A DNA stretch of 64,000 nucleotides from Lingula anatina (lineage: Eukaryota; Animalia; Brachiopoda): positions 32,922,001 to 32,986,000 of the forward strand of contig CM120642.1 of assembly GCA_051362555.1 (NCBI GenBank). The letters run 5' to 3'. Both the position numbers and the translations under genes were made by a program. This document shows, piece after piece, positions 13,701-27,700 of this stretch. Below the pieces are notes generated by a model. That model was given only the letters and a program-made list of their open reading frames with translations, was not told where the DNA came from and ran no database searches. Numbering within the stretch: position 1 is the stretch's first letter; each line of letters opens with the position of its first letter.

Positions 13701-15934
13701 CCATTTTCAGTTGTTATTCTACACTTCGACCCATGCTCTAAGGATAGATTGAGATCGAAGAACCGTTCACGTAGGTATGGCTGAGCGACAAATTCCTGGA
13801 ACGATAATGGTGATGCCAGTAGCTGCCAGGCCTGGCTGTCTTCTTCGGGTAAATGCCGGTAAATCATGGCTTCCGGGTCTGTGAAGAACCAAAAGTCGTT
13901 AATTTCAAACACAGCTTTGCCCTGGGATTGTTCACCCTTTTGGTTCTTCTTTTCACCATCTTTTTCCACCAGTGTCCATTTTCCGGTGTCAAACCCAATT
14001 ACTGCTTCAGTTCCCCAAAATATGTGCACGAATCTCCAGTCATGATGATGGCTGTCGTCACCATTGTCTACATAAACGGCATTCCAAGATCCATTTATTT
14101 GAGTGGGATCCATGTCGTCCCCTATTGTGTAGTTTGTACCCTTTGAATGCCCCTTTATTGTGACGCATGGGATGTGACACTTTCTGGAACAATAGAATAT
14201 AGGATACTAGTTGACGTGTCAATTGCAAAAAGTATTCTGACTGTACTTTTGGTCAAGGGTTGTTAGATTTAGATTTTAGCTGATATTCTAATGCCCTTAT
14301 ACGTGCACGCTACGTAGATGACGCTTAAAGCAAGTGATCGTAACAAATAATAATATTATCTTTAGTTTAATTATAATAAGTAGTAATTCTAACACATTTT
14401 ACAAATTTTCACAAATTCTATACTCAAGCAACAATAATAAACATAAAGACGAAACTCAAGCTTGTAAGCAACAACTCAAGGTTAATATAAATGTATTCCA
14501 AATATAACATTAGCTTTTAATGCTTTTAGCGCTTTGCCTCCATTTCTTTCGAATAAACGTTGTTTAAAAAATAACATTAGCTAATAGATAGGACTATAAT
14601 GCTTTTGGCAATCTACTATAACTAAACAATTAATAATGTCAATTTACCTGCAAAGCGTTTCAAAGAATTTGACTTTAGTGCTCTTTCTGTTTTTAATCTG
14701 ACAAAGAAACCATATTGGCGTATCTCCCTCGGGTTCGTTCCAGCTGATTGTGTTCAAGTCTTGGGAGCCAATCCACACAAATATGGCTCGAACAACCAGG
14801 TAATCTAGCCGGCCACATCCACACAGGAAGCTCGTAAGGGCCTCGTAGCTTTCTCGTACATCATCAGGAGCCTGTAACAAAAATAAAACAGATGCAGATT
14901 TTATACTGTGAATGAAACAGTGCATATATACCAGAAGATATGTAGATATCGTCGTAAAACGAGCTTTAAATGTTTATATCGTATTGAATATAATTAGATC
15001 ACACATCACTGTTATTGTTAGTGTTGGATAGAATAGCCTGCTGTCAAAAAGCCACATAAATCTTTCGAAATAAATATTATAGTTAGCAATCACGATTCTA
15101 TTCTGCACATACAATAGTTTTTCATGCGATATCCAAAAAGACATATCATAAAGCAATATTCAGCGCCACTGTAGGCCTACCTGTTTCACCATGTCGTCAA
15201 TACTGGAGAATTCCTGCTGGTCGAACACTTCCGTCTTCTTACCTCTCGGCGGTGCAGGTGGGGGATACGTGCTTGGGTCGTTGGCATCGTACTCGGTCTA
15301 AAGAAGGATAAAAACTGTCATATATCAGAAAGCACGCCACTTAATCTGTATATATGATTTAGGTTTGTCATATTTGGCATGACTGCAGAAGACAAGGATT
15401 TATTTAAAAATAGCCTATATGCCAAAAGATTATTTTCATTTAACCTTAACTGGGGTAGAGATATGGTGGCAGTAAATCCCATTTTTTTAATCTCCCCCAC
15501 TTCCATGTAGATATATCATGCAAGCTATCATCACAAAATAACACACAAGATTGGGCAGGATTAATGCTCGGGCATAAACCTTTTAGTTGGCACGCGATTT
15601 ATAACGCATGTAGTAGATAATGTGCATTTGATGTAATATACCGATAAACATATTGGTTTAAACCCAGTGAATTATTTACCTTATATTTGTCCTCATATGT
15701 GTTCTCCAGTTGCACCTCCGTCTTCTGTCGAGTATCCTCTCTCACCACTGAGACATGAACAGAGATCTCCGTATTCTGCCGAGAAATCTCCTGCGTCACT
15801 GTTACAGGGGTCCCTCTATCGGACTGTGTCACTGTTACAGGGGTCCCTCTATCGGACTGTGTCACTGTTACAGGGGTCGCTCTGTCGGATGGTGGGTCTG
15901 TGGCATCGGTGCCTTTTGACCCTCCACAGCCCAT
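7709..15934 (-). CDS. Hillarin/KY-like protein copy A (~1570 aa): MGCGGSK lipidation motif, inactive transglutaminase-like domain, KY Ig-like repeats, vWA domain, C-terminal dynein-MTBD-like domain; 11 coding exons
   Basis: Exons 15680-15934, 15181-15297, 14648-14871, 12191-14183, 11591-11866, 11348-11454, 9975-11008, 9607-9792, 8743-9023, 8031-8222, 7709-7756 sum to 4713 nt in frame with GT-AG sites. Motifs: VRAIFVWI, WNAVYV..WRFVHIFWG, NDFWFFTDPEAMIYRHLP, WQLL (KY/hillarin); VIDASGS, TNLSAGL, LFTDG (vWA MIDAS). Exon structure mirrors copy B. Confidence 0.88.
14516..14570 (+). mobile_element. Extremely 5'-truncated non-LTR retrotransposon 3' end
   Basis: aatgcttttagcgctttgcctcc...gaataaacgttgtttaaaaa matches the tail of the element at 55309-55698; flanked by the 12-bp duplication ataacattagct (14504-14515 / 14571-14582). 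Confidence 0.75.
15790..15890. repeat. Coding 33-bp tandem repeat x3 (SDR[A/G]TPVTVTQ) in exon 1 of copy A
   Basis: Direct read; absent from paralogue B. Confidence 0.9.
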
Positions 15935-16987
15935 AGTTACCGGTATAGACAGGTATGAATCTGCCCGTTTAGCTGAAATGAAACTGATAACGTACTTCAG
16001 ATCTTCTAAGAATAAAACGGAATATTCCATTAGTTCAAACTTCCCGCCATATCAAATTTCCTTTAAAAAAGAAAAGAAAAAATAAAAATTACGAGTAGTT
16101 GCTTGACCAGTGCACACATTTGGCGTCGATGTTATATGTCCCTTCTACATGTAAATAAATATTCTAGCACTAAATAGTTGGCCGGATATTTAACCCGCCA
16201 TGTTTTCCTGTTCATTTCAGGAGCAAATATTGACATCATCGTACTTTTATTTGAAGGATTTTATCGACTTTTATGGTTTAAATTGGGTAAGATAAGTAGC
16301 TTTACAGGATATGTTGACCTAGAAAATATAACTTTAGGTCGTTTTCAAAATGCAGAAAGAGTACTTAAAACATGTATACGTAACAGAACCCACGCCAGTG
16401 GCGGATTGAGAGGGTCCTGACTCCCCCCCCCCTCCCCCCCCCCCCCCCCACCATCTTCGGTTTCTGAAAAATATATTACACCAATATTCCCCTCCTGAAA
16501 TTAAGATTTTGACTTGCTAAATCATAGTTCTTAACCATACGAAAGGGCACTGTTTGTTCTCCAAAGCACAAAAAAATTTTGAGAGGGCACCGAACCCCAC
16601 ACCAAGGGGTGATGGTCGGCTTCGCATCCATGACCTGTCGTCCCCCCCCCTCCTCCCCCCCCCGTAGGTGATAAGTTTACCGATGACACATGCAACAATA
16701 CAAATGCTGTGCTCTAAAGATATCTCCGCCTGTTTAACATTACAAACTGGTCGGCCGTATAGACATGTCTAAGTTGATCTTCTTGTGAACAAAACCTACT
16801 CGTCTTTGAAAAGTGCACTCGTCAGTTCGACTAAAATCGCTGTTGTCGTCTGTGAAACTGATTTAAATGTACTTTGAAGTCATAGGAGCGGTAATTTTTT
16901 TTCTTTTTTTGCACAATGTTATACGGATTTTGACCGGCTTTTTTCATAATGACAAATATCAGGTTTGCCTGTGCATTCATCCTTTTT

Positions 16988-17558
16988 CTAATTTATTATT
17001 TCTGATTCTCTCATGTTCAAGCGAAACTCAATGTCAACTCTTTTGAAAATGAAAGTGCATGTTAACAGCTTAGACTTCGATTTTCATCGCACACATATAT
17101 TGATTATATTACCATATAGCAGGTGCATATTCCTACCTGATGACGTCTAGGCCTACAGGTGTACGTGGTGTAAAACACCGAGCATTTTATCACAGAAAAC
17201 TAAAACCTTACCGTTTTGAATAACATTCCCAATTCACCTTGTGAATTCCTAAGCACTCCAGGTGACAGCCTTGCTTGTGGATACACCCTTTCACAACACC
17301 TTATCCAATTTTTTTATTATTTCTGATTTCTCCATGTACTTGTGAAAGTGAAACTACATTCATAGAGCTAGCATGTTGGTTTTCAGCGTTCTTCTATTGA
17401 TCATATTATCCTATAGGTGCAAGTTCCTACCTCGGGACTTCTACACAGGTACATGTTTATAAAACACAGTGCATTTTATCATAGAAACTAAAACCTTGCT
17501 GCTTCGTATAACACTCCCAACTCACCTTGTAAACTCCTAAGCACTCTAGGTAACAGCT
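16988..17558. repeat. Diverged tandem duplication of a ~260-280-bp non-coding block between the head-to-head paralogues
   Basis: ~16988-17269 vs ~17305-17558 share ttattatttctgatt, tcctacct, gcattttatca, aactaaaacctt and tcaccttgt.aa.tcctaagcactc.aggt.acagc in the same order. Confidence 0.8.
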
Positions 17559-20293
17559 GGTGTGGAATTGTTATCTCCTAGGCAACTGCTGTGGTGTTTT
17601 CAGCCATCACCACCAATTTATGTGACCGTTACCTTGCACCGCACCCGGCATAACAATGATCAACGGAAATTATAACCGCTAGACTGGTAGATTCCCTTGT
17701 CGTAAGAAAAAAGTCCCGCTGCTTTTTATCGCGTTTACTGTAATGTGTGTTTGAATCCAACGTCACAAAGTAAGTTCATTTTCTATCGAGAATCAATGTG
17801 TGGTATTTATTGTGCGCATTTGAGTCCCCCGTTAAAAACAGGCTTTGTTATTACAGGTTATACTGCACTTACAAGGTCAACTTTCAATGCGTCTGTTTAT
17901 ATTTTACCTGTACCTGGCAATGTAAACTATTCAAGTGTTAGGGAGTGTGTACACGCGTATGATTTAAGAAGAAAAGATGTGTACTATTCATTTCAGCACA
18001 AAGTCTCTTGTCGTATTGAATTTTAATGGATTTGGCTTTTCATCACCAAGAGTACATAAATGCGCTTTTCTTGGAATTATTGAATAGTTTTAAGTCAATT
18101 TTAGTTTACATTATTTGAATGACTACTTAAAGCGAATAGCATATAGTTGTTTTGAGAAGAGGGGTAGTCATGGTGTCCCTCCTGCTCCGTGTCTGTCAAT
18201 ATAAATTTTTAACAGTAATCTACGGGGTTGATATCGGTAAAATGTTCCACTTGAAGTTGGTTTGGACATGCTAGCGTTGACTGGCATCTCGGTCTGCGAC
18301 GTGATATTTTGATGGTTTATTTAAATATTCTTTTAAACTTTGTTAAGTATGTGCACGAGACCTCTTATTTAATTACCCTCTTGCTGCCTGTGCATAGGAC
18401 GGGTTTGTAAAACTGACCCGCATAAAAAACAAAGCCTAACAAAGCTCCCCTATCCTGCTACGCCCAAGCCTGTGCTTTCACGTACGTAATTAATTTTCCG
18501 ACTCTGCATGGCGATTTAAAACCCCGGAACACTTCATTTTACAAGAAATTATTTTATTTTACAAACTTAAATCTCTCAGTTGGTCTTTTTTTCTCGGCGC
18601 GTTTTAATGGCAAATTACAATAAATGATCAAGCAACTGCAGAACTGTGTCATCGATGGTATTTTGTTTTTGGAAGGAAAGTGTGCGTAATTAAAATAGGG
18701 AGAGCGAGAGAAACATGTTGCATTCAAAAAAAAATTAATTTCACACAATCCCCTGCGCCAGATCAATTCAGCTCTAACAGACAATTTTTGCAAAGAATTC
18801 AGAATTGAGAACACTATTTCTAAAACTGAATACAAATGCCCTTAAATAGATTATACCATTAAAATTAAGAAAAACATGTACTATGACTAACCTAAATGAT
18901 ACCGCTCCTCACCTGAGTATTTAAAAAATGTCATCAGCTGAACACATAAATATATATTTAATAAATGACCTAAATATGAATTGCTCTGAACACTGGCAAA
19001 CGTTATGCAAGGTTAATAGTCTGTGCCCGAAGGGCTCCTGATGTTTGAAAATAATACTCCGGGTGAGGACCGGCTAATTAATAAAGAATAGATGCAATTA
19101 TCTCGAAAAAAATTATTAAAAGTAATGTAGTTCTGAAGCAGATCCCATTAGTTTTCCTTTCACGTGTGCATATACTGTTACGTTTATGTCAAAGGTACAG
19201 TGTAGAGTTTCATAACTTACTTTTTTACTGAAAGTTTCAGTAGTGTATTCAGGGGCGGATTTAGACTGTCTTCTGGGTTCAGAAGACGGCCTGATTTTCA
19301 AGTTTATATTGACGGGTATCTATTTTTTCTGTCAGAAGACGGCCAAAAATGGAGGATGGATCAACAAAGATAATTTGGAAGACTGGTATTGTAACAAACT
19401 CTCTCTCTCTCTCTCTCTGTGGCCTACAGCCCTGGAGCGTCTGACAGCAAAGGACTGTCATAATGGTGACCCTGACTGCATACTATCATACAAACACACA
19501 AAGAAACACATTCTAGCTTCACTCGTTATCTTCTCCACACATGTCAAGATAACCTAAAATTGAAATGTCACTTCTCCACGCTGTGGGTGAGGTTTATCAG
19601 AGACAAGTAGATGTCTGTGTCAACAACCGAGAAAGAATGTTTTCATTTAAATAGTTTTTGATCACAGGAGGAGTCTGTTAAACTCTCGTCACATTTATCT
19701 GGGATTAGAACATTTTATCTTTAGGTTATTTGTCTGTGAGTTCTCTTAGGGTGAGCGTAAGATAGCAGCAAGTTAAGGTACAGTGTACATGTGAAGTCAG
19801 GTAAGTAACTGTTTTATTGAGGGGAGTCAAATCATTAATATTCACTTTACTCCCTGTAAAAAAAGTTATTCTTAGTTTCTTACTTTTTACGTAAATGTTA
19901 AATGGAAAGAATATAATTTCGTCCAGATTGCATGAGATACGGAATACTTTCTAATGAAAAATGCCGTAAATGAAATGATTCTCCGGATGCCGGAACGTTT
20001 GTTGAAACTTGTCGATGAAAACGTGCTTTGTAGCCAGATAAGTTTTGCTTTATTTTCCAATTGTAAGTAAAGATGGAAGTGGTTTCAGAGTGAAGTGATA
20101 TACTTGAACAACATTTATAATATATAGACACATTCTGTTTAAATAAGACTTTGAATTTAGCCCAATCTGGAGAACACGGCATGCGTGTAATTCAAGACAT
20201 AAAATTATCAAATTTAATTGCAATATATATATATTTTAATATGTTATTATTCCAGCTAAACGGACATCCCATGGTTAATACGTGTTTATAACA

Positions 20294-22032
20294 ATGGGCT
20301 GTGGAGGATCAAAAGGCACCGACGGCCCACCTTCTGATAGAGGAACCCCTAGGGCAAACACTGAAATACAACTGACTAACACCTATGAGGACGAATATCA
20401 GGTCTTGTTACTGTTTATATTACCTAAAAATGCAATTTTTAAATTACAAGGTGGTCCAATTTGGTGAAAGAAAGTTTGAAATATCTTAATTATATCAGTA
20501 AAATGGGTCGTTTTTATGTAACACCCTGTATATGCGTTTTTATATTATTTTGAATCATTCAAAATATATGAAAAATGTTGATCCAATATACTGTTTAAGT
20601 TTTTTTGCATTCTTCTGATATAAACTAGTTTTCCACTTATTCAGTACGAGTACGACGCCAACGATCCAAGCACCTATCCCCCACCTGCGCCGCCGAGGGG
20701 TAAGAAAGCAGAAGTGTTCGACCAACAGGAGTTCTCCAGTATTGACGACATGGTCGAACAGGTACATGTATAGTGTTACAGTAGCCAATTGCAATGAACT
20801 TGATGTATTCTTTGAAATACATATATTTGGGCACCAATAACTATCATAATTTCTCCTCTGGGAAAAGCCTTAATACCAAAATTAAAACTCATCGTACTCA
20901 TGCATCATCATTTCTTATTCTTTTCAATATCACCTGGCACAAATGAATACAGGTAAGCAGAAGTTTATTTCCACAGTCTAATCTACTGTAACTCATTTTG
21001 AAAGTACTTTATCGTTATGCATACACATGCTTGTTGATTTAACAGAGAGACAGATCTCACAACAACTTGATAGGCAAACGCACGGTATCTTTTCTGAACT
21101 TCTGAACTGTTACTTTCCGTCCGCGAAAAAGTTGTTTTCTCCAAGTATAAGCATTATAATGCATGAAGCAATGCAATCTCTTGACAAAGATATTTGATTC
21201 ATTACAGAATCTTTTTATTTACCAAATGGCAATATTTTCTCTTCAAAAAATCTATGTGGTCATTTTTTTCTTTGACACACCGTGGTAAGACTATTTTTCA
21301 GGACTAATAGCAACAATGTTATACATACAACGTTTTGGCAAAAACAGACGATTAGACCTGATTTTCCGACGTTGTCTATAGATCTCTTTACATCAAGATA
21401 TGAGATTAGCCGATTATGAGATGTACTGTTTTATTCCTAGTGTTTAAAACATGTTTAAAACATGGCTCATATGGTACGTATTAGAGTTAAAGTTCAAATG
21501 CAGCTTAAGACGTTTTTGCTACAGGCTCCTGATGATGTACGAGAAAGCTACGAGGCCCTTACGAGCTTCCTGTGTGGATGTGGCCGGCTAGATTACCTGG
21601 TTGTTCGAGCCATATTTGTGTGGATTGGCTCCCAAGACTTGAACACAATCAGCTGGAACGAACCTGAAGGAGATACGCCAATATGGTTCCTTTGTCAGAT
21701 AAAGAATAGGAGGAGCAGTAAAGTCAAATTCTTTGAAAAACTTTGCAGGTAAATTGATGTTACTGGTGGTGAATGAAGGCTCTTTCAAAACAAGTTTTAT
21801 ATCTTAGTTGTAAATTAATAATAATAATAATAATGTATACCAGTTTTTTGAGAGGTTCTGTACAATGAAAATAAGGCACATAGCACTTACATGTCCAAGT
21901 ACTTTCTTTTCAAGTTATCTTCCTGTAATAAAAGTTTTAAATGGTAATGTAGAAATTATGCTGAGCTCCAATAAGCTGAATCTCAACGTCGTAGCCAGGG
22001 TATTGTTGTAAATCTTTCATATCCAGCAGATG

Positions 22033-22078
<46 letters not shown>

Positions 22079-24695
22079 AATATGTTTTATGTTATTACAG
22101 GAAGTGTAATATCCCATGCGTCACTATAAAGGGGTATTCAAAGGCTGCAAACTACACGGTAGGGGACGACATGGATCCTAATGAAGTAAACGGATCTTGG
22201 AATGCCGTATATGTAGACAATAGGAACGACAGCCATCATCACGACTGGAGATTTGTGCACATACGTTGGGGAACCCAAGCAGTGACTGGATTTGATACCG
22301 GAAAATGGACACTGGTGGAAAAAGATGGCGAAAAGAAGAACGAAAAGGGTGAACAGTCCCAGGGACAAGTTGTGTTTGAAATCAACGACTTCTGGTTCTT
22401 CACAGACCCGGAGGCAATGATTTATCGGCATATACCCGAAGAAGACAGCCAGGCGTGGCAGCTACTTGCATCTCCATTATCGTTCCAGGAATTTGTCACT
22501 CAGCCATACCTTCGCAATTGCTTCTTCAATCTCAATCTATCCATAGAGCGTGGATCGAAGTGTAGAATAACAACTGAAAAAGGAAAAGCAGAGGCGGTGA
22601 TTTCGATTCCAAAAGGCAAAAGCAAGAACATAATGTTCCAATATGAACTATTCAGCTGTAGCAGAGGCACGGGGACCTTGGATAGATTCGTGGCACCAGA
22701 AATACGCCAAGACACCGACCAATATGTGATTCCCATGAGATTTACAACAGTCGGCGATTTCAAACTTGAAATTTCTGCGGCACAGATTGGGGTATCCCCA
22801 TTCTTCAGGTGGGCTGCCATTTACAGAATCCTATGTTCTGAACCAGTGCCCAAGGAAAACGTTGTTGATAACCAGCCATACCCACTGAAACCACAGAATG
22901 GGTACTTTGGACCGGGGTTCCACGCCAACGACCTTGGTATTTCAGCAGAAACACACAAGAGGGGGGTCGTTGACGCAGATACAGGCGAGATAGAAATCCG
23001 GTTTAAAACTAAACCAGAAACAGGCGTTCAAATGGTGCAACCACGTTTAGTGTCAAACCAAGTTCATTCTGCAATTCTGCAAGACTTTGTTGAACACAAA
23101 AAGGAAGCAAATGAAGATGTGTATACCGTCCGTGTCCCCGAGAAAGGTGAATATGCCTTGGAACTTTTTGCACAACGAGGGAACAGCAACAGAGCGGTGC
23201 AAACGAACGTATGCAACTACCTTTTAAGGTGCAACAACGAAAACTTACAGGTCGCCCCTTTCAAGAATGTCTCAAAACATGTGGCAAAGTTGGAGGAAGC
23301 CAGTTCCGTAGGTGTTAATCCTATTTCTCAAGGCCATCAGTGGAAATATATCAAAACATCAGACGGCAACTTAACTTTACGATTCAAGAACGAGCATGGA
23401 GCAAATCTTAGATGTCTCCTGAGAATGGAAAAAAGCAACACCGAAGAAGGCACCATAATTGACAGTGACATTCTTCAGAGTTATTTGAAGACAACGTCAG
23501 AAGGAAAAGAAGACAGTGTTCAATTGAGGTTGCCGCAGAGTGGTGAATACATCCTTGAAATAGAGGCCGAGAACCACGGAGTATGGAAAAAGACATTTGA
23601 ATATCACATCGAAAGCGCAGGGAACGATAAGGATTCGACCGATGAGCAGGCGTCTATTTTCCCTTTTCATCTAGAAAAGGGTCTGGGTCCAACTCAACAT
23701 TCGGAAAAAGTGGGCGTTCATTTGCTGTATCCCAAGTCCGGCGAAATCAAAACTTTGGACGAAATAGCCGACATTTGGGTTCAAACCAGTGGAGCCAGCG
23801 GTGACAGATCCTTAGAATACACGTTTTGTATGCTCACCAATGGCAGCAAAATTACCGACAAGAAGAACAAAGATATGCGGAGTAACTTAGCGGTTGAGAA
23901 GAAGCCAGACGGCAACTATATTCTGAGGGCAACTCTGCCAGAATGTGGCAAATATGAACTGAATCTGTTTGCAAGGCAGGGAGCCTGTAACGTATTGGCT
24001 CATGTTGGCAGTGTGAGAATAACCAGAGAAGCCGTTGATAAAGTGAACAAGCCACTGTTTATATCACATCATTGCATATGTGTACATGACAAGGTGCGTT
24101 ATCAGATAAAGATGACTAAAATGTTTACTTTTGACGATTTATAGTTATGATAAATGTTCTTTGATGAAAGAATTAGGTCAATAAATTCAGACGTCGGACC
24201 AAACTAAAGGGGAGTGTTCCCATAAACTGATTGCTCTAGCTGAATTGATCTAACTCTGCTGGGATTCTCGGTAAATTGCGAGTGTACGCGGCTTAAATTT
24301 CTGGCACGGGGGTAATTAACGGTACACGAAATATCGAAATATCAGGTCTGCTTCAAATTGGCTGCAAAGAAGCAGCAAGTTTGTTACAATATTGCTGCAA
24401 ACTGCAATTTCATCTTGCGAAGTTGACGCCAATTTGCTGCAATATGGCTCCAAATGAGAAGTTTTTTTTTTTTTTTTTTTGGCAAACTCCTGCAAACTTG
24501 TTGCTTCAAACTTTTCATTTTGCTAAGGGTACTCAATTATCTCCTAGTTACTCAAGGAAGCGTGCCAGAAAATGAAGCTGATTACATTGAAAGCACTTTA
24601 GCGAGAAGCCCAGTAAAGTAAGATCGATCCAGATAGTACGATTCACAAGCACATAATAGTAAATTGAGTAACTTTGCTCACATCATCTGCAATTG

Positions 24696-24743
<48 letters not shown>

Positions 24744-27700
24744 TGTGTCAATGTTTCATCTCATTGAATAACGTGTGCTATATCTCACGTCAAATGGAAA
24801 TATAGTTAACATTGCATCTGTAACTTTTGTTTCAGACAAGAGTCCAACTAGAATTAAAGGCAAAAACAAGCGTCCAGGATGCTTTGCTTAGTACAAGTCG
24901 GCCACCCATGCGAATCATGTGTGTTATCGATGCCAGTGGAAGCATGCTTGGAAACTACGGCAAGGAAAATATAAGCAAGCTAGAGAAAATGAAAACGTTC
25001 GCCCAAGTTCTGGTAGATTACATGGATGAAGTGGACTATCTAGGTGTCGTAGTTTTTGGCAACGAATCCCATCTGACGCTAGGGTTGACGCGAATGGCCA
25101 GTGAAGCCAAGGTAACATATATGTATCTGTATATAGGAATATTTCCTTAAATAATTTCATTCCTTAATATCGTGTCTGGATACAATTTGTAGTTATTAAA
25201 CTTGAGTGATTTAAAATTTCCTCTTCCTTTTCTTTTGTGTCAAGGAGGGGGTTAAGGAAACTATAAGGAACATTCACGTGATGGGTTTAACTAACCTTAG
25301 CGCCGGTCTGTTTGAGGCATTGGAACAATACCGAAGACTGACTTTGAGATGGTAAAGCCAAGAGAAACATAGTATGACCAAAAACTACACTGTGCACTGT
25401 TTACTGGAATTAATCAACATTTAATTTTAAACATGATTATTATATTTGGCTAAAATTAAAGTTTAAACTACATCAGGCGTGTGTGTGTATGTGTGTTCCA
25501 TTTTAACAAGTCAGACATCATGTTATTTAATAAAATAGAATAAAAACAGACAAATCACTATCTGAAAAAAAAACCTGTTTTATCTAAAATTTCAGCTTTG
25601 ATGACAAAATCGTGCTATTCACGGACGGAGGCGCCAACTGCGGGATAACCACATCACAGCAACTGATCCCAGAGCTGAGAGATCGGTTCAGCGCCATGGG
25701 AAAGGAATCCGGTCTGGGGGAAGACTACACCATCCAGATTGCTGCCTTCAGCACAGGCGGATTCATGCCCACGCTGATGTACGACCTGGGACAAGCTTTC
25801 AGCAGTGAGACCTTCTATTTCATGGATGAAAACACCATACTGGAGCTCAACATGATGAAGACGGTCCTGCTTCAGCAGACTGCGGTGGCCAGACACGTTA
25901 AAGTCGTCGCTCAAGCATTGAATGGTGTAGTGTTTGACAGAACAGAGATGCCCCAGTTGGCAGCATCCCCGAGTCTTACCACACGTCAAGTCTCAGAACA
26001 GTTCATCCACACCATATCTGCAGAACTATCCAAGCACGTGTTGTATACCCTTCTCCTACCGGACGACCATTCAAAGACTTTGCCTAATAAAGACGTCCTC
26101 GAGATCAACGTTTCTTATCAAAGTGAATCCGGCCTCATCAAGGAGAAACTACAAGTACCGTATAAGGAACTTCCACACAGCGTGGAGCAGTCCAAAGAAG
26201 CGGCCCTCGTGACATTCACCCAGCAAGAAGCACGGCTTCAGGCAAAGGCGGCCATTCTACAAGCAGCGGAGTTTATTTCGTCCTTGCGGTATGCAGATTC
26301 AAAAGACGCGCTCGAAAAGGGATTGCAATCAATAGAAGACAAAAGAGAGATGATTGCACAGTACATCAGCAGAGCAGGGACACATAAAATCGACAAATAC
26401 AACGAACCCATGCTTTGGTACATCCAACACAGTCTGTCTATGCTGAAGCAAGATGAAACCGTTCAATCGTCTGCCGATAAATGGGGTAATCTGGTGTCGT
26501 ATGGGGCGTCTCTGGACAGAGAGGTCCCCACCACGTTAGATTTCATCTCCGAGGAGCATCAGCTTTTCCGACCGACTGGAATAGAAGAAAAGTTGGAAGA
26601 CATTTCAGAACACATTGATGGTAAATATAATATTCTGCCTCTGTTGTTGGCAAAGATTCTGCTCGTCTGTCTGCTTATCTTTCTGTCTTCAGACTTGCTT
26701 TCTACCTTATGAGACAATGTCAGCTGATGTCTATTTGTACGGTCCAAATACGGTTTATATGCCTATGGTCCATATACTTATATTATTCAAATTCAGATAT
26801 GAAATATGGAGAATATAAGGATATTTATAGAAAGTTGAAAAAGGCCATACGCGAGGACAAACCTGGTCGCAAAAGGAAAATGTTGAAAGAGGCCATCAAT
26901 GAAGCAGAGGAGAACAACGTTCCAGATAATGGATTGATTAAGGCAGCTAAAGAGGAACTTGAATATTCTGAGTATCACAAAGGTAAGTTGCCGTTCCCAC
27001 GCCCTGTTTTACCCACAGCAAATATAAAGACAAACAGACAGACAGACAGAAAAACTGACAATATAAGAGAGACAGACAAGAGACAGATGGATGAAAAGAC
27101 CGACAGGCTAGCAAACAGGCACATTAAGAGTTATGACTATCATTCATATTGACGCCAACAGCATTAAAAAGCAACATTTTATTTCCTGCATCTATTGACA
27201 AATTTAAGCAACGATTTTGATCTCCGAGAATGAAAACTTAATTTGTATGTTTTCAGCGTTCCGGGATAGTATTAAAGCGAGAGATAAGATTCGTCTCAGG
27301 CAGCTACTTCAGGATGTTGTTGATTTACCTGAGCATATACAAAACCGACTTCGGCCGGACATTGAAGAAGCAGAAGCTCTCGCTGGTGAGAAAAAGAAGA
27401 AAAGACGCCATAAGATGCTGGATATGAATTTCCGCCTTATCACTGAGCTACACAAATACCAAAGACCACCTGTTGCCATCCATTACACTATGGCCGCTGC
27501 GTATGTGCTCCTTGGGGAAGACTTTGAGGACTTAAGGGTAGGGACAAATTGACAAAGAGCCATCCCACGTTATGAAGTTAAACTGTGGGCACCATTAGCT
27601 ATTGCGTATTATTTGGTTTTTGTATTATTTGGACTTCTGGTTTGTTTTTTTGGCTACAGAAAAAATATTGATAGATTTAACTGTCACTTTTTATGTGTTG

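Noticed and set aside
16100-20200. Short ORFs in the spacer between the paralogues (and at 44700-48700 and 51760-54000)
   Set aside because: No recognisable motifs, composition typical of AT-rich non-coding DNA, and no consistent splice-phase chain.
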